Source: Haliotis rufescens (taxonomy: Eukaryota). From it: 64,000 nt of DNA. Made by a program: the position numbers and the translations under genes. Each line of letters starts with the position of its first letter. Position 1 is the stretch's first letter. This document shows, one piece after another, positions 1-13,369 of this stretch. The DNA is taken from assembly GCF_023055435.1 (NCBI RefSeq), contig NW_025964024.1, positions 3,844,001-3,908,000 of the forward strand, in the 5' to 3' direction. The notes under the pieces were generated by a model, which was not told the DNA's origin, made no database searches, and saw only the letters and a program-made list of their open reading frames with translations.

Positions 1-589
1 AAGCTGCTGACAGTTCACCTCCCCATCGCTAAGTGGGATGAACTTGGAAAGACAAGATAAAACCAGGGATACAAAAAGGTTGCTACTTCTGGGAACCACT
101 AATGCCTTTCCTGACGTCTCCCATCAATACTTGTAACCTTCTTACACTGATGTCATCCCATGGGGACTGAAGTAGGCCCCAGTGACCTTTATTTGTTGTG
201 TTGCCGATAAGGTTGGCAGCAGGTGGAAAATCTTTACAACTTCTGGAAATATGTATTGTCATACTTATCTTTTCAATTTTTGAATGAGTACTCAAGCATC
301 ATTATTCATCTATTGGTGCATAGCTGATGATGGAAATGGTCCAAAGATATTGTTTCCACTGATATCATCTATATTGCTAATGACATACTGAGGTAGGTGG
401 TCGTGGTCATGTGTAGTGGGCTGGCACATGGCCTTGTTGTACACACTTTCCTGTATAACGTGTTCTGTTTGCCATGGAGTTGCTGCTGCCTCAGGACAGG
501 AACAGGACACTGAATACTGGCACAATGAACATGCATATAATCATCAAGGCATGCACGTGGAACACTGCACACACACACTGGAGGGCCAT

Positions 590-930
590 GACCCATTACA
601 CCCTAGAGTCAACTCAGGTCTAACTCAAGAAAGGCATTCACCCATCTCACCCTATCATAAATTCAGGTCTAACTCCAGAAAAACCATGACCCAAATCACC
701 CTATAGTTAACTGTGGTATAACTCAAGAAAGGCATTGACCCACCTCACTCTGTGATAAAATCAGGTCTAACTACAGAAAAGCCTTGACCCACATCACCCT
801 ATAGTTAACTGTGGTATAACTCCAGAAAGGCCACGATCCATCTTACCCTTTGATAAATTCAGGTATAACTCCATGAGGCATTGACTCACCTCACCCTATA
901 ATGAACTATGGTATGAATCCAGAAAGGTCA
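590..930. repeat. Degenerate ~50-bp tandem repeat with alternating variants
   Basis: Recurring CACCCTAT...GGT(C/A)TAACTC(C/A)AGAAAGGC units. Confidence 0.75.
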
Positions 931-1205
931 TATCAACATAATACATAGTCACATGATTCCACTATCTACCATCTTCACCATTCATCCACATTCTCTCAAT
1001 TCATCCAATATCAAGTGTAACATTTCCATTGGTTTCACATGAATTAAAGACAAAATACAATTCTTTATCGTAAACGCATCTGTGACACCAGGATGGTATA
1101 AGCATCAGTTATAAACACATGAAGCACCAGTGCAGGGAATTACGGACCGAAACACAACACATACCCTGGTTAGTATAACAGTCAATACACAGACCATGAG
1201 CTTAC

Positions 1206-1234
1206 CGTAACCCATGCACTACCAGCTTCTGAGA
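1206..1234 (-). CDS. Possible 29-nt micro-exon (VSEAGSAWVT)
   Basis: TTCTGTTCATATTCACACATAG|TCTCAG...TTACG|GTAAGC, open in phase 1. Supported by splice signals only. Confidence 0.25.
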
Positions 1235-1698
1235 CTATGTGTGAATATGAACAGAACAGGTTTTAGTATTTAGTTAAAATTGTGATGCTTTCTGGATGAG
1301 CTGTTAATATAATCTATTGTTAGATGCCATTACTATCTACTCCAACATTCATAGAAGCTCTGACCCAGACAACAGCTCTTTGTTATTCATTGTCCAACAA
1401 AGCAATGAAGAACTGCAATGAGTACAATGTGTAGAGACTTTTCTGTAAAAGTTCTATTTATTTGAAAAATTATTTGTAGGAGAATAACAATTGAGAAATA
1501 TATATTGTATATAAGTAATGAGAAAGCAACAAAAGTGAAAAAACAACATAAATAGATACAAACATATCCAAATTATCTTGAAATATATAATTTATAATTT
1601 CTGAAAATAACTCAAAATTTGAATTAAAATTAATTAAGCCATAACAAAACCAGCTCGACTAAAGGGAGTTAATGCATAATGTGTGATAATAATTGTAC

Positions 1699-3995
1699 CT
1701 GGTTGACACTCAGGAAGCGGGGATGAAGGTGAGGCAGCAGTTGGTGAGGTCAAGGTCACTGGTAGATCTTGAAGGTGAAGGTCGGGTGGGGAGGAAGTGT
1801 TTGAAATGGGATGAAGGGTTTCAGAAGGTACAGAAGTGGCATCAGGGTCATGCCCAGGCACTAAGGGGATGCTGGGGAAATCAGAATCAGACTGAGGAAC
1901 ATTTGCATTATTAATGTCATTCTCTATGCTAACTTGTTTGAGACAGTTAGAAATGTCTTTCTCATTAACCAATTTGTTTCCCTCCAGTGTTTCTTTGGAG
2001 TCCAAGTTGGTATCAGTTTCAGGAACATGAGGTTCGGGAGTTGTTCTGTCATCATCCACATTAGCAACATCATCCTGTGGAAGATCTTCATCACACAGAG
2101 TCTCAGTGCTAGCAGACATTGATGCATCTTGGGAACTAGAGTTCTTGGCAGTGGGAAGCTCTTTAACCGAATCGACAGACAGGGACATATCAAACCACGC
2201 TGAATCCTGCTCCTCACTGGTTGTATCGCTGCTGTTTGTGTCAGCGTTCCCCACAGCACCATCGTCTACCGAGACCAGGATGCTGCTTGTGGGTGTCTGT
2301 CTGTTGGAATGGTCCACAGAACTCATATCACTAAGGCAGGCAGATATGGTGTCAGAGGTTATAGACACTTTGTCCACCGACTCAGTATCACTCTCTTGTT
2401 CAGATGGTTCCTCTTTTGATTGAACAGGTTTGTCTGTAAACCCCTCCGATATCACCTGAAGTTGAAAGGATGTCGGGCTAGCAAGAACCTCTTCAATGTG
2501 CTTTTTCTGCTGTTCTCTCCTTGCCTTCCGAATGGCTGCAGCGGCAGAGCCAGAACTGAGATTGTCGCTGCTGCAGTAACTCTCAATACTTATGTTTGCT
2601 TGGTATATCTTTTCTATTTCCTTATCCAGGTCCTCATCCTCCATTGTGTCATCTAATGCTTCACTTAACTCCGATAATTCATCTTCTTCTGGTTCAGTCC
2701 TTTCTGTGATGACACTAAGGCAGTCGGATAGCTCATCTACTTCCTGTCGCAGGTAGCGCTGTAGAGCATCACTGATATCAACTGGTCCGGAAGCAAAGGG
2801 GTCACCTTCGTCATTGTCGGGTATGAGTCCAATGGTGGACAGATTAGTAACCGTGGCAGCTGATGAGGCAGCTGTTGAAGTCACAGCTGCAGATGGTGAT
2901 GGTTTAACATGTTCTAGTTCACTGTCATCTTTAGACCTCCTAGTCTGTGAATGTTGTGACGGAGGACAAGTAACTTGAGGACGAGACATGGATACAAGCT
3001 GAAATAAGTGCTCGTCATCTATGGTTTCTTCTAAGTGATTGGGTGTAGATGTGGCATCCGGCACATGACCCTCAGTAATATGCTGACATGGATGTGATGG
3101 TTCTGATTTAGTCTCCATAACATCTTCATAGTCTGTTCCTTCGTTCAGACCATGTGCTCTTTTATCATCAGCCCCTTCAGTCTCCTTCATCCCAAAGTGA
3201 TTCTCAGCCTCATTTAACTCCTCTGCTCCAGGAGATGAGGGCTCGCCAGACAACTGGTTCTCCTCTGTCCCTGACAGCTCCCCCGACAACGGCGCCTCCT
3301 GAGAGTGCCTGGGTGACATGTACAGAGGGAACTCTGCTACTTCCATCACATCACTGTCCGACCCACTGCATATGTCAGACTGAGGGGAGGAAGCTGAAGC
3401 AGAAGCAGCATCTCGGGGTACATTCATGGTGGAATCAAGTTGTGTTGCTTTATATGTCTCAATTGCTGGGGCACCTACACCCTCAGAGCTAACATTGGCT
3501 AAACATTCAGGTGTTAATGGTTCATTTTTATGGGCAAGTATGTCATCACTATCTGAATCTAAAGTCTGGAATGGACTCCAGTTTCTGGCCGATGTAAAGT
3601 TGTCAGAAGAGGAAACTGGACATTTATATTGTGCGTGAGCATCAGAGGCAAGGACAGAGGAAGTGGTGACTGTAGACAGAGGTGATATACTTGGGTCAGA
3701 GCTGTCGGACAACTTGTAGGAGTTAGTCAGATAAGAAACGTTTACATCAGAATCAAGTTGGTTATCAAGTGTGTGAGAAAGGTGCTTCTGTGAAGATGTA
3801 GAGGTTACAACAGTTAAGGTGTCTCTATCAAGGAGGTCAGAGTAACGCTCACTATCAAAACAGGCATTATCTACTGGGTTATTGCTGCTAAGTGTTAAAG
3901 GTCGTGCTTCAGCACCTTGATATCTGGCTGTTTCAATATGTGCACTATTCTCTCTACTGCTGGCTATCGTAGTTGATGGTACATCTACAACCTGG
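1699..3995 (-). CDS. Giant exon, 3' part (acidic Ser/Asp/Glu-rich, two LxxIxE motifs)
   Basis: ORF 1634..4096, protein-like from PQVVDVP to PECQP. Probable donor CCAG|GTACAA at 1699 (phase 1), followed by AT-rich intron sequence. Confidence 0.78.
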
Positions 3996-6751
3996 GGCAC
4001 ACATGCTATGTTGGTGTGCAACCGGGTCAGTGGTACTAGCAGGTGATTCAACACCATGCTGCCTTTGCCCTGAAACAGGTTCTGCAGGGGTATCAAAAAG
4101 TTGGCTGCTTTCCGGAACTCTACTGTCTGAAGGATTTACAAAACCACACTGAAAACTACTAATAGGTGTAGGATCACTTGTATTTAAGACAAATAGGTAT
4201 TGGTTTTCTGACCCTGGAATGGAAAGATCCACAACATGGTGAGAACCATGGCCAGAACCTGCATCAGTGCCAGTGAAGTCAATAAGCTGATTATCAAAAC
4301 CATCCTTCACATCAGAGAAAGGGTCAACCAGAGGACCATCTGTCTGAGTTGATTCATCCAGAGGACCATCTGTCTGAGCTGATTCAACCAGAACACCATC
4401 TGTCTGAGCTGATTCAACCAGAGGACCATCTGTCTGAGCTGATTCAACCAAAGGACCATCTGTCTGAGCTGATTCAACCGGAGGACCATCTGTCTGAGCT
4501 GATTCAACCAGAGGACCATCTGTCTGAGTTGATTCAACCAGAGGACCATCTGTCTGAGCTGATTCAACCAGAACACCATCTGTCTGAGCTGATTCAACCA
4601 GAGGACCATCTGTCTGAGCTGATTCAACCAAAGGACCATCTGTCTGAGCTGATTCAACCAAAGGACCATCTGTCTGAGCTGATTCAACCGGAGGACCATC
4701 TGTCTGAGCTGATTCAACCAGAGGACCATCTGTCTGAGCTAATTCAACCAGAGGACCATCTGTCTGAGCTGATTCAACCAGAAGAACATCTGTTTGAGCT
4801 GATTCAACCAGAGGACCATCTGTTTGAGCTGATTCAACCAGAGGACCATATGTCTGACCTGATTCAACCAGAGGACCATCTGTCTGAGCTGATTCAACCA
4901 GAGGACCATCTGTCTGAGCTGATTCAACCAGAGGACCATCTGTCTGAGCTGATTCAACCAGAGGACCATCTGTCTGAGCTGATTCAACCAGAGGACCATC
5001 TGTCTGAGCTGATTCAACCGGAGGACCATCTGTCTGAGTTGTATCAATACCTGGGCTACAACACTGACTGCTGAAAATGTCATCACTCTGCTGACTTGAC
5101 ACTGTGATACGTTGACAGTTCCCCAGACCAGATAATCTGAAGTCCATGTCTCTCAGATCTTCACCTTCTTCATCTTCAGGACAAGAATCTGATCCCATGG
5201 ACTCCATGCACACCATCACAGCAAGCCGAGGATTAGGTTCCCCTAACACAAGTTCACTGGTTCCTATGTCAACAATCACTGGATCATAACCAGGACTCCC
5301 AGAATCACTTGATCCAGTAAAGGATTCCCAAGTCCTTTCTGAAGGACACACTTCTGAGGATTCAAGGGGATCAAATGAACACCTTGTGTCGACCTCCAGC
5401 TGAACAGCAGGTTGACTTGTTTCAGTCTTAGATCCAGTCTTGTGCACATGTTCCACAGATGTCCCTGAAACAGGCTCAACCAAATCAGAACCCTCTGGGA
5501 TCTCAGAGTGTCCATATTGTTGAGACCTATAACCTACAGATGTCCCTGAAACAGGCTCAATCAAATCAGAACCTTCTTGGATCTCAGGGTGTGCATATTG
5601 TTGAGAACCTACGGATGTCCCTGAGACAGGTTCAATCAAATCAGAACCCTCTTGGATCTCAGAGTGTTGACACTGTTCAGACCAATAATCAGTCTTGTCC
5701 ACATGTTCCACAGATGTCCCTGAAACAGGCTCAACCAAATCAGAACCCTCTTGGATCTCAGAGTGTCCATATTGTTGAGACCTATAACCTACAGATGTCC
5801 CTGAGACAGGTTCAATCAAATCAGAACCCTCTTGGATCTCAGAGTGTTGACACTGTTCAGACCAATAATCAGTCTTGTCCACATGTTCCACAGATGTCCC
5901 TGAAACAGGCTCAACCAAATCAGAACCCTCTGGGATCTCAGAGTGTTGACACTGAGGACCACGATGGTGTGGGTGGTTCTGGGGATCAGCTGCATGTGGA
6001 GTTACTGCAAACATGATCTCGGCATGTCTGGGTGATGAAGCTGCAATGGCAACATGAACATCAGAGTTAGCCTGGCTTACCACTGGACTGGGATGAAACC
6101 CAGTGACAGCAGGAACCATGGCTTCCTCTCGTGTCTTCTGGTCTACAACTGTACCATCACTGGTGTCCATCATGTTTTGTTTCTGTCGAATTGACATAGC
6201 AGCAATAGCACCAGTGGAGTATAAATCAGTAGTAAGGTTATCTGGGTCATGCGGTTCATCATAGGACCTGTCTGATTTATGACCCATGAACCCACTATGA
6301 TTATTACCACTATCATTAACGTTTGAATCAATGCAGTCTGCATCAAGAAGCTTTTTATTACTCTGACTTGTTTGATCAGAAGTAGGACCAACAGTGTGAT
6401 TTGACAATAAATCATCATGCATCAAGTGTTGCGAAAGAGTTATCTCCCTTGTGTTAGACTCAGAATTTGAAATATTAGATGGATTATTTATACCACAGAG
6501 AGAATTATCGTGCTCTGAAAGAGATGAGTAAAGGAGTGCAGGAGTAGCCTCCCTTGATTCAGTGGCGTCGGTGAAGTGATGTGGGCTTTCATGCATGAAA
6601 TGGTGAGTTATTGGTAAAGTATTTGGAGGTAGAGTATGTGATGGTTTGCAAAATTCCTCCGTAGCATCAGCTGTGCACTGGGGCCCTCCACCCCCTGCAT
6701 CTGCCCTCCACTCTACAGCACTACACATAGAAGACCCTTCACCAAACTCAT
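3996..6751 (-). CDS. Giant exon, 5' part (acidic, disordered, with two peptide-repeat tracts)
   Basis: ORF 3954..6773. Acceptor TTTGTTTATTTGTCAG|AT at 6751, phase 1. The protein-like frame runs to about 4000 and then switches frame; the left boundary is approximate. Confidence 0.8.
4325..5040 (-). repeat. Coding 30-bp minisatellite, about 24 x PLVESAQTDG
   Basis: Near-identical tandem units GATTCAACCAGAGGACCATCTGTCTGAGCT inside the giant exon. Confidence 0.97.
5440..5956 (-). repeat. Coding variable-length repeat, 7 x core H(S/P)EI(P/Q)EGSDL(V/I)EPVSGTSV
   Basis: Repeated CAGATGTCCCTGAAACAGGCTCAACCAAATCAGAACC with frame-preserving spacers. Confidence 0.93.
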
Positions 6752-7956
6752 CTGACAAATAAACAAACAGCAACTGAATGATAAATACAATTTGGATGAA
6801 TCAAGATGCAGTGATCAAAACACAAACCAGAAAAACAACAAAGAAAATGACGCTATCATCAACTACAAAAATCCACCATTTATAATTACTCTCATACATA
6901 TTTTATCTTATTTATAGCCTATTTATTCAAAAATTCTTTGAGATATTTCATCAAGACCATGAATAGCTGTAATAACTATGATGAGTCTTAAAGCAATATT
7001 TACTAACTCACTTCGAGATAATATACAAAGCTGATTGCAATGAAAACTCTTTGCAAGCTATTATAAAGCAAACAAGCTCAAATTAAAATAAAATGTTATT
7101 AAACATACGATGCAATAATCTGATGTAAGAAATATCCAAACAAAATATGTGCTTTAATACGTGCAAGTAGAAACTACAAATTGCACAAATGGATCCGATG
7201 ACATTAATGCCAAAGCACCATCACTCAACACAACAGCTTGAGTTTTCCTGAACCCACATATAATGCAAAGGTCAGCTATCAGATAAGGATTGTGCTGCCA
7301 TGACATGACATTCTCATATTTCCTTTCCCTATAGGATGTAACAGATACTTTGAAACAAACAGGAAGTCAGGTTAAGAAGAAAATCTTTCTGAAAGCAAAA
7401 TATTATAAAACAACCTGACTCAGCTTAAAAGCTGAAAATAAATACTGAAGATTCAGCCGCAACTGATCAGACAAATACCTGCATGTCTATTATATGTAAT
7501 CTTAACATCTCACTACCAGAAAATGGTATACATGTATGAAAACAAAAAACTGTGTAGACTGCCATCAGGATCCAGCATGTTAAATGGTATCTTGGGTATT
7601 CAAACAAACAAAATTGTAGACTAAATCAGGGTTCATCTGTTAAATTTTCATACAAAATGTGAAAACATATCTTAAGGTGATAAATATGATAACCACATGG
7701 CATGCATTATCAATCCTTTATTTCATCATGCACAAAGCGAACGGTAATGTTCCACATCAATATTCTCGGAATACGAAAATATACAATCAAAGGAATATTC
7801 TCTCATTGTTTTGAACAGGATATTATTGATATTTCTCATGCATTGCTTGTATTGAATAGTTTATAGATTTTATTCCATAATTCTTGTACACCTTTACTCA
7901 ACACCTGCCAGAAACCCCTCCCCCAGGTCATGTTGTGACTGTGAAAACATGTGTGA

Positions 7957-8285
7957 ACTCATCCTAGAAATATTTCTTGTTGCAAAAATCAAACATATTG
8001 ATGTTAAATAAATGAAAATCCAATGAGGACTTTTTCTCAAGTTGTTACTTTTTAACTCTTTTGAAGTAGAAATGCAATTAAGTTTTTAAGATTTAATTTC
8101 TAAACCTTTTTTGTAGCAAACACTCATCCTAGAAATATTTCTTGTTGCCAAAATCAAACAAATTGATTTTAAATGACTGGAAATCCCATAAAGAATTTTT
8201 TTTTCAAATAGTTATTTTTTAATTCTATTGATGTGGAAAAGCAATTAAGTTCTTTAGTTTTAAGCTCTTAACCATTTTTGTAGTA
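7957..8285. repeat. Diverged 165-bp tandem duplication
   Basis: ACTCATCCTAGAAATATTTCTTGTTGC occurs at 7957 and 8122 with colinear similarity afterwards. Confidence 0.8.
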
Positions 8286-8449
8286 AGAAATGAAAAAAAA
8301 GGTCTCTACTATTAACAAAGCATTCATGGTTGAAGTGTACAATGCAGAGACATAACTGGGATAATCATCACAAAGCAGGAACAACATGGACGTCACACTA
8401 ACAGATCATGCGGCCGGGCTGCCATGCAGAGAGCATACACTGTACTCAC

Positions 8450-9361
8450 GTCTCACTGGTGACGACGATCCACCTGTGGTCCGGCTTGGTTGGAGACGAA
8501 GACGGTTGACACCATTTGAAGGGGTATCCTCTGGTTTGTGTCTTGGGCTATCATGCCCTGACTCCTCCTGGTCGAAACTCTCCCGTTCTAGCGCACGTTT
8601 ACTTGCCATGTCCAGGAGCCTCATTTTGGTGGCTGGGGAAGCTGTGCGGGCAGAGGACATGCTGGAAGTGTCGGACTTCTCAGAGGATGTTCTCCTGACG
8701 ATGCTGGTTTTGTGGTCTGGGGAATGCGACATGTTACAAACTGGAGACACCGGGCTATTGGAAGAAGATGGCTGACTCACCATCAGCTGGTCTTGGGTGC
8801 CTGAGAACCGTTTCGAAAAAATCACAGCCTCTGTCGGGGTCATTTTACGTTTTTCAGGGGACACGGAGTTCCTGGAACGTTCTGTTGAAGCAGACTCTGC
8901 CCCTTCCACTGTCTCTCCACTGTTAGGTTGTGATTCTCCATTAGGCACTTTTCTCTCTGGAGACTCTTTTTGGTCTCGACGCAAGTCAGAGGCACTCTCT
9001 GTCTCAGACAGGTTTTGAGCCAAGATGGCTGCAGAAGTAGACGATACTTGATCCGAGGACTGAGTCTTGGAATCGGCAACATCCATCGGAGTTTCTCCAT
9101 CGGATGATGACCCCGAATCTGAGTCTGAGACATTGTGCCGTCTACATGACACATGTTTTATGTCTTGTTCATCATTATCAGGTACATCTTTACTAGATTT
9201 AAAGGTTTCAAACAAGTTGGACAATCTCTTCTTGTCTGCATTTTTAGGATACCCGACTCGGTCAATGTCCTCTCGACTGGCAGAGTCTTGTCTGGTGACC
9301 CCTCGTTTAGTGTCTGGCACACCATCGCCACTGTCGCCATCACGAGTCTTGGAAACAGTGC
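8450..9361 (-). CDS. Internal exon of the same gene, Ser/Asp/Lys-rich disordered linker
   Basis: Core of ORF 8406..9458. Acceptor TGTTGTTCCAG|GC and donor AGAC|GTGAGT; 912 nt, phase 1-1, compatible with exon 3 and both mini-exons. Confidence 0.85.
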
Positions 9362-9497
9362 CTGGAACAACATAGGTCAAACAATGAATTAAACTAAAAA
9401 AACTATCTCCTTTAAATGTAAAACATACAAAACTCTTTCTTTTAATATTTACATACATCAGACAATACTGAGTTACTGGATGTCTTTAACTTTCATC

Positions 9498-9757
9498 AGA
9501 CAGTGAATTGGTTTATTGCCACTTGGAACATTATTCCAGTCATATCACGGCGTGTCAGCTCAATGTGGGAGGAAAGTCCAAAGACCTTTACCCCATTGGT
9601 GAAACCCACTAGCATGGGCATGGTGCTGTAAAACCTGCAAACACAACCAGGGTGAACCGGGATTGTAAACCCATGGTCATAGGTTTCTGACGCGCCCAAG
9701 GGACGCAACTCTGCCCAGCGAACTGCAGCGCCTTACACGACTGGGCCACTCATGCTC
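9498..9757 (-). mobile_element. SINE family C (diverged)
   Basis: TGGCCCAGTCGTGTAAGGCGCTGCAG head with the family C body. Confidence 0.78.
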
Positions 9758-10222
9758 TCATCCTCTGGCATTGCTGTTTCTCACAACTATATTTATTAAA
9801 AGCAAACTTTAATCATTTTACTGAAGTCAAGAGTTATGATTACATAAAAACCAAGAATAATAAGTTATTTTCAGAATGTACTAGTAATATGATAGGAAGA
9901 ACAAATCAGAATCTAGAATATGTATGTAATCAACACCGAACCAGATAATGCTATAGAGATATTAGGGAATAACACTCAATAATATAAATAATGGCATGAA
10001 TAAAGGGACCAAATGGCATAAAAATAGATGATAAATGTAGAAAAGGTCCAACAACCAGCCTGATGTAATCAAATGCTTACAGCGTCCACTCTTAGTAAAC
10101 AGAGCCATCATGGCTACAGATGAAGGTGAATCATGGTAATTCTATAGGCTGCAGTTTCTACAACCCTTTGTTCTCTGTTCAGAGCAAGTACTGAGAGGCA
10201 AGAAAACTTGTGACACTACTTC

Positions 10223-10700
10223 ATGAAATCTGACAATATTTTATGGGAAAAACAGGATATATTTGATGCAATTTAACGACAATATTCTATGGGAAAAACA
10301 GGATATATTTGATGAAATGTAATGACAATATTTTATGGGGGAAAGGATATATTTGATGAAATGTAATGACAATATTTTATGGGGGAAAATGATATATTTG
10401 ATGCAATGTAATGACAATATTTTATGGGGAAAAATGGATATATTTGATGAAATCTAATGACAATATTTTATGGGAAACAGGATATATTTGATGAAATCTA
10501 ATGACAATATTTTATGGGAAAAAAGCATATATTTGATGCAATGTAATGACAATATTTTATGGGGAAAAATGGATATATTTGATGCAATCTACTGACAATA
10601 TTTTATGGGAAACACAGGATATATTTGATGCAATCTAATGACAATATTTTATGGGGGAAAATGGATATATTTGATGCAGTGTAATGACAATATTTTATGG
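10223..10700. repeat. ~44-bp AT-rich minisatellite, about 11 copies
   Basis: Unit ATGACAATATTTTATGGG(A/G)nGGATATATTTGATG(C/A)AAT(C/G)TA. Confidence 0.92.
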
Positions 10701-12103
10701 GGTGGGTGGGGAAGGGGTATATAGCCTACTGGGGTATTTCATGAAAATGTAATGAAAAAAAGGATATATTTTATATGCATACAATAATCTGGATATACGT
10801 TCTCAGCAGTATATACCAACAAAACAAGCATGTAAGCATATCAGGGCATGAAGTCTTTGGATGAACCCAGATCATCCGAAGCAAAACCCTTGTTCTCCAC
10901 CATGTCCTTGAGGCTCATCTGTCCTTTTGAAGGAGAGACATCAAATATGATGAAAGGGTCTATTAAATATTGATGTCGAATGCTGAAAACTCTGAAACCT
11001 TGATACAAAACTATCTGTTGGTTTAAATCAATATATATATATGGAGACATGATGTCTATTTGTACTTGTTCCAGACTGAAACCTGAGGCTATCACTAAAC
11101 AGATACATTTTGTTGTTTTATAATGATTAAATAACCCTTAGACAAAGGGATGGAAATAAACTCCCAGTGATTTGAAGGATGCCTTTGGCATTTCTTCTTC
11201 ATATTGAAGTTTATTTCATTGTTTATAGCGCCAAATTGTGAATGTTTGTCCAGTATCCTCCAACAAATTGCTGGAAGATGAAGATCACTGATGTTCTGGA
11301 ACCACAGATAACACATGGCCTTGGCAGCATCTCATGACATGGCAGGTATTGTTTAAATTTTTTTTGAAGCGGTATCTTTTTTGTGTACGGGCAAAAAGAA
11401 TTAATTCCATTAATTCAATTTAGTTAACATTTTGAAAAAATGAAATAACAATTTCTTAATTTGAACTGGTACTTTGTTTTTAGATAGGCCAAAAAAAATA
11501 TTTTTTATTTTTTTTATTCAAATGTTTGGGTCTTTGCTGCAGATGGTCAAGCCATAAACTGAAAACATTATAAAAACGTATTGCTTCACATTTGCAGTAT
11601 TTACTATCAGGGTAATATTGGCTGTGGCCAAATCCATAACAGAGTTTATGCTGAGTCTAGACAGTTTCCACACACTGCCATGTGGGGTCATGAGCTCTCA
11701 TGGTCCCATGGCCCTTAGAGCACGGGGCACAGCATGCTGGCAACAGAAGAGCAGCCGGATCAGCATCAAGAGTCTTCACATATGGACATAACAGTGATAC
11801 TTCCAGCGGGACCGTTTCCATTTACGATATCAGGCTGAACATGAGCGATTACTCCCCAGCTCCAATGTTGAGTGTCATGGCAAAGGGTCATCCTACCCCA
11901 GAGACCCGCACGTATACTGTGTCAAACACTGTCTTATTACACAAGGGCATGGATTGAGGCAGGGATAGTCGGCCCATGCTACAGTACAATCTTGGTGCTA
12001 CAGTCATACAATAGAGTCTGAATGGGAGTTCAGAAGTCTAAAAGCTTGGGACTTTCTACATCATGATCACTTGCCACGAACGTGCTCACAGGATGTCAAT
12101 AAG

Positions 12104-12307
12104 TTTTGTTTGTTTGTTAAATGCAGCACTCAGCAATATTCCAGTTGTATGACGGCGGTCTGTAAATAGTAAGGAGGAGACAATCCAGTGATTAATATCA
12201 TGAGCATCGATCCACGCAATTGGGATCGATGACATGCATCAACCAAGTCAGCGAGCCTGACCACCCGATCCCTTTAGTTGCCTTTTACGACAAACAGTCA
12301 CCTTTTG
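12104..12307 (-). mobile_element. SINE family D, 5'-truncated (further fragments at about 31092-31210 and 61775-61820)
   Basis: Tail and body match the other family D copies. Confidence 0.82.
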
Positions 12308-12984
12308 ATTTCTTTACTGATGACAGACTATTTTGTGATCTATTTACAAGTTAATGCTGTGAAACTTCAAATGCAGGTTTGATCCTTTTTCAGTGCAATC
12401 TTTCACACATAACTTGTCTTAAAATGTGTGATGGGTGAGTGAGTGAGTGAGTGAGTGAGTGAGTGAGTGAGTGTGTGTGGTTTTATACCACTTCTAGCAA
12501 TATTCCACCAATATCACGGCAAGGGACATATTTTACATATTGCTTTTATTCATGCATCACTTCATTCATGCGTCACTTCATTCATCCATTTTCCATTCCC
12601 TCAGATATTGATACCTTCCTGCTCGTGTACTGAAGCGATAGCATGTGTAAGACATTCAATACAGCAAGGAATCTGACTCCCTGAATACCGTCTCTCCAGA
12701 CTGCTGTTCATTGAGCGATGACTGAATATCCCTTTGTCTGTATGACATGTATTTCAATGATAAATGTAATTAGTGTGACATATTCAAACAGGTTAAACAA
12801 TTTCCATGAGGAATCAATACTGACAGCCAGATTAAGCCACCCTCCAGCTCACCAACTGTATTAAGTCAAAGTTCTTCCAGTTTATCATCACGCAATCTTG
12901 GCAAGAAGACAAAATATTTTCCACAACATAAATAAGTGTTTTTTCGAGTGATACTATTGGCCTGCTCCAGTGTACGTGAGAGAG

Positions 12985-13345
12985 AGTGAGTGAGTTGGGT
13001 TTAAGCCGCTTTGGAAAGTATTCCGGTTATTTCACGCCGTGTCAGCTTAATGTGGGAAGAGTGAGTGAGTGAGTTTGATTTTACGCCGCTTTTAGCAATA
13101 TTCCAGCAATATCACAGCGGGGGACACCAGAAATGGGCTTCACACATTGTACCCATGTCGGGAATCGAACCCGGGTGTTCGGCGTGACGAGCAAACGCTT
13201 TAACCACTAGGCTACCCGACCGCCCCTAATGTGGGAGGAAAGCCCGAAGTGATACAGGTCTTGGATGTTTACCACTTCGGTGAAACCCACGAGCACGGGT
13301 AATGTGCTGACAAACCTAGAAACATAATCGGGGCGAACCGGTATC
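12985..13345 (-). mobile_element. SINE family C, 5'-truncated and split by a family A insertion
   Basis: The body resumes exactly after the TSD at 13227. Confidence 0.82.
13058..13226 (-). mobile_element. SINE family A nested in a family C element
   Basis: TSD TAATGTGGGA (13048-13057 and 13227-13236) is part of the family C body. Confidence 0.92.
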
Positions 13346-13369
13346 AACAGTGATGTACACCACAGGTGT

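Noticed and set aside
83-596. Short minus-strand ORFs as further exons or C2 domains
   Set aside because: Frames are interrupted by stops, with no C2 signature and no consistent splice pair.
4307-6016. Alternative-frame and antisense ORFs over the coding repeats
   Set aside because: By-products of in-frame repeat units within the giant exon.
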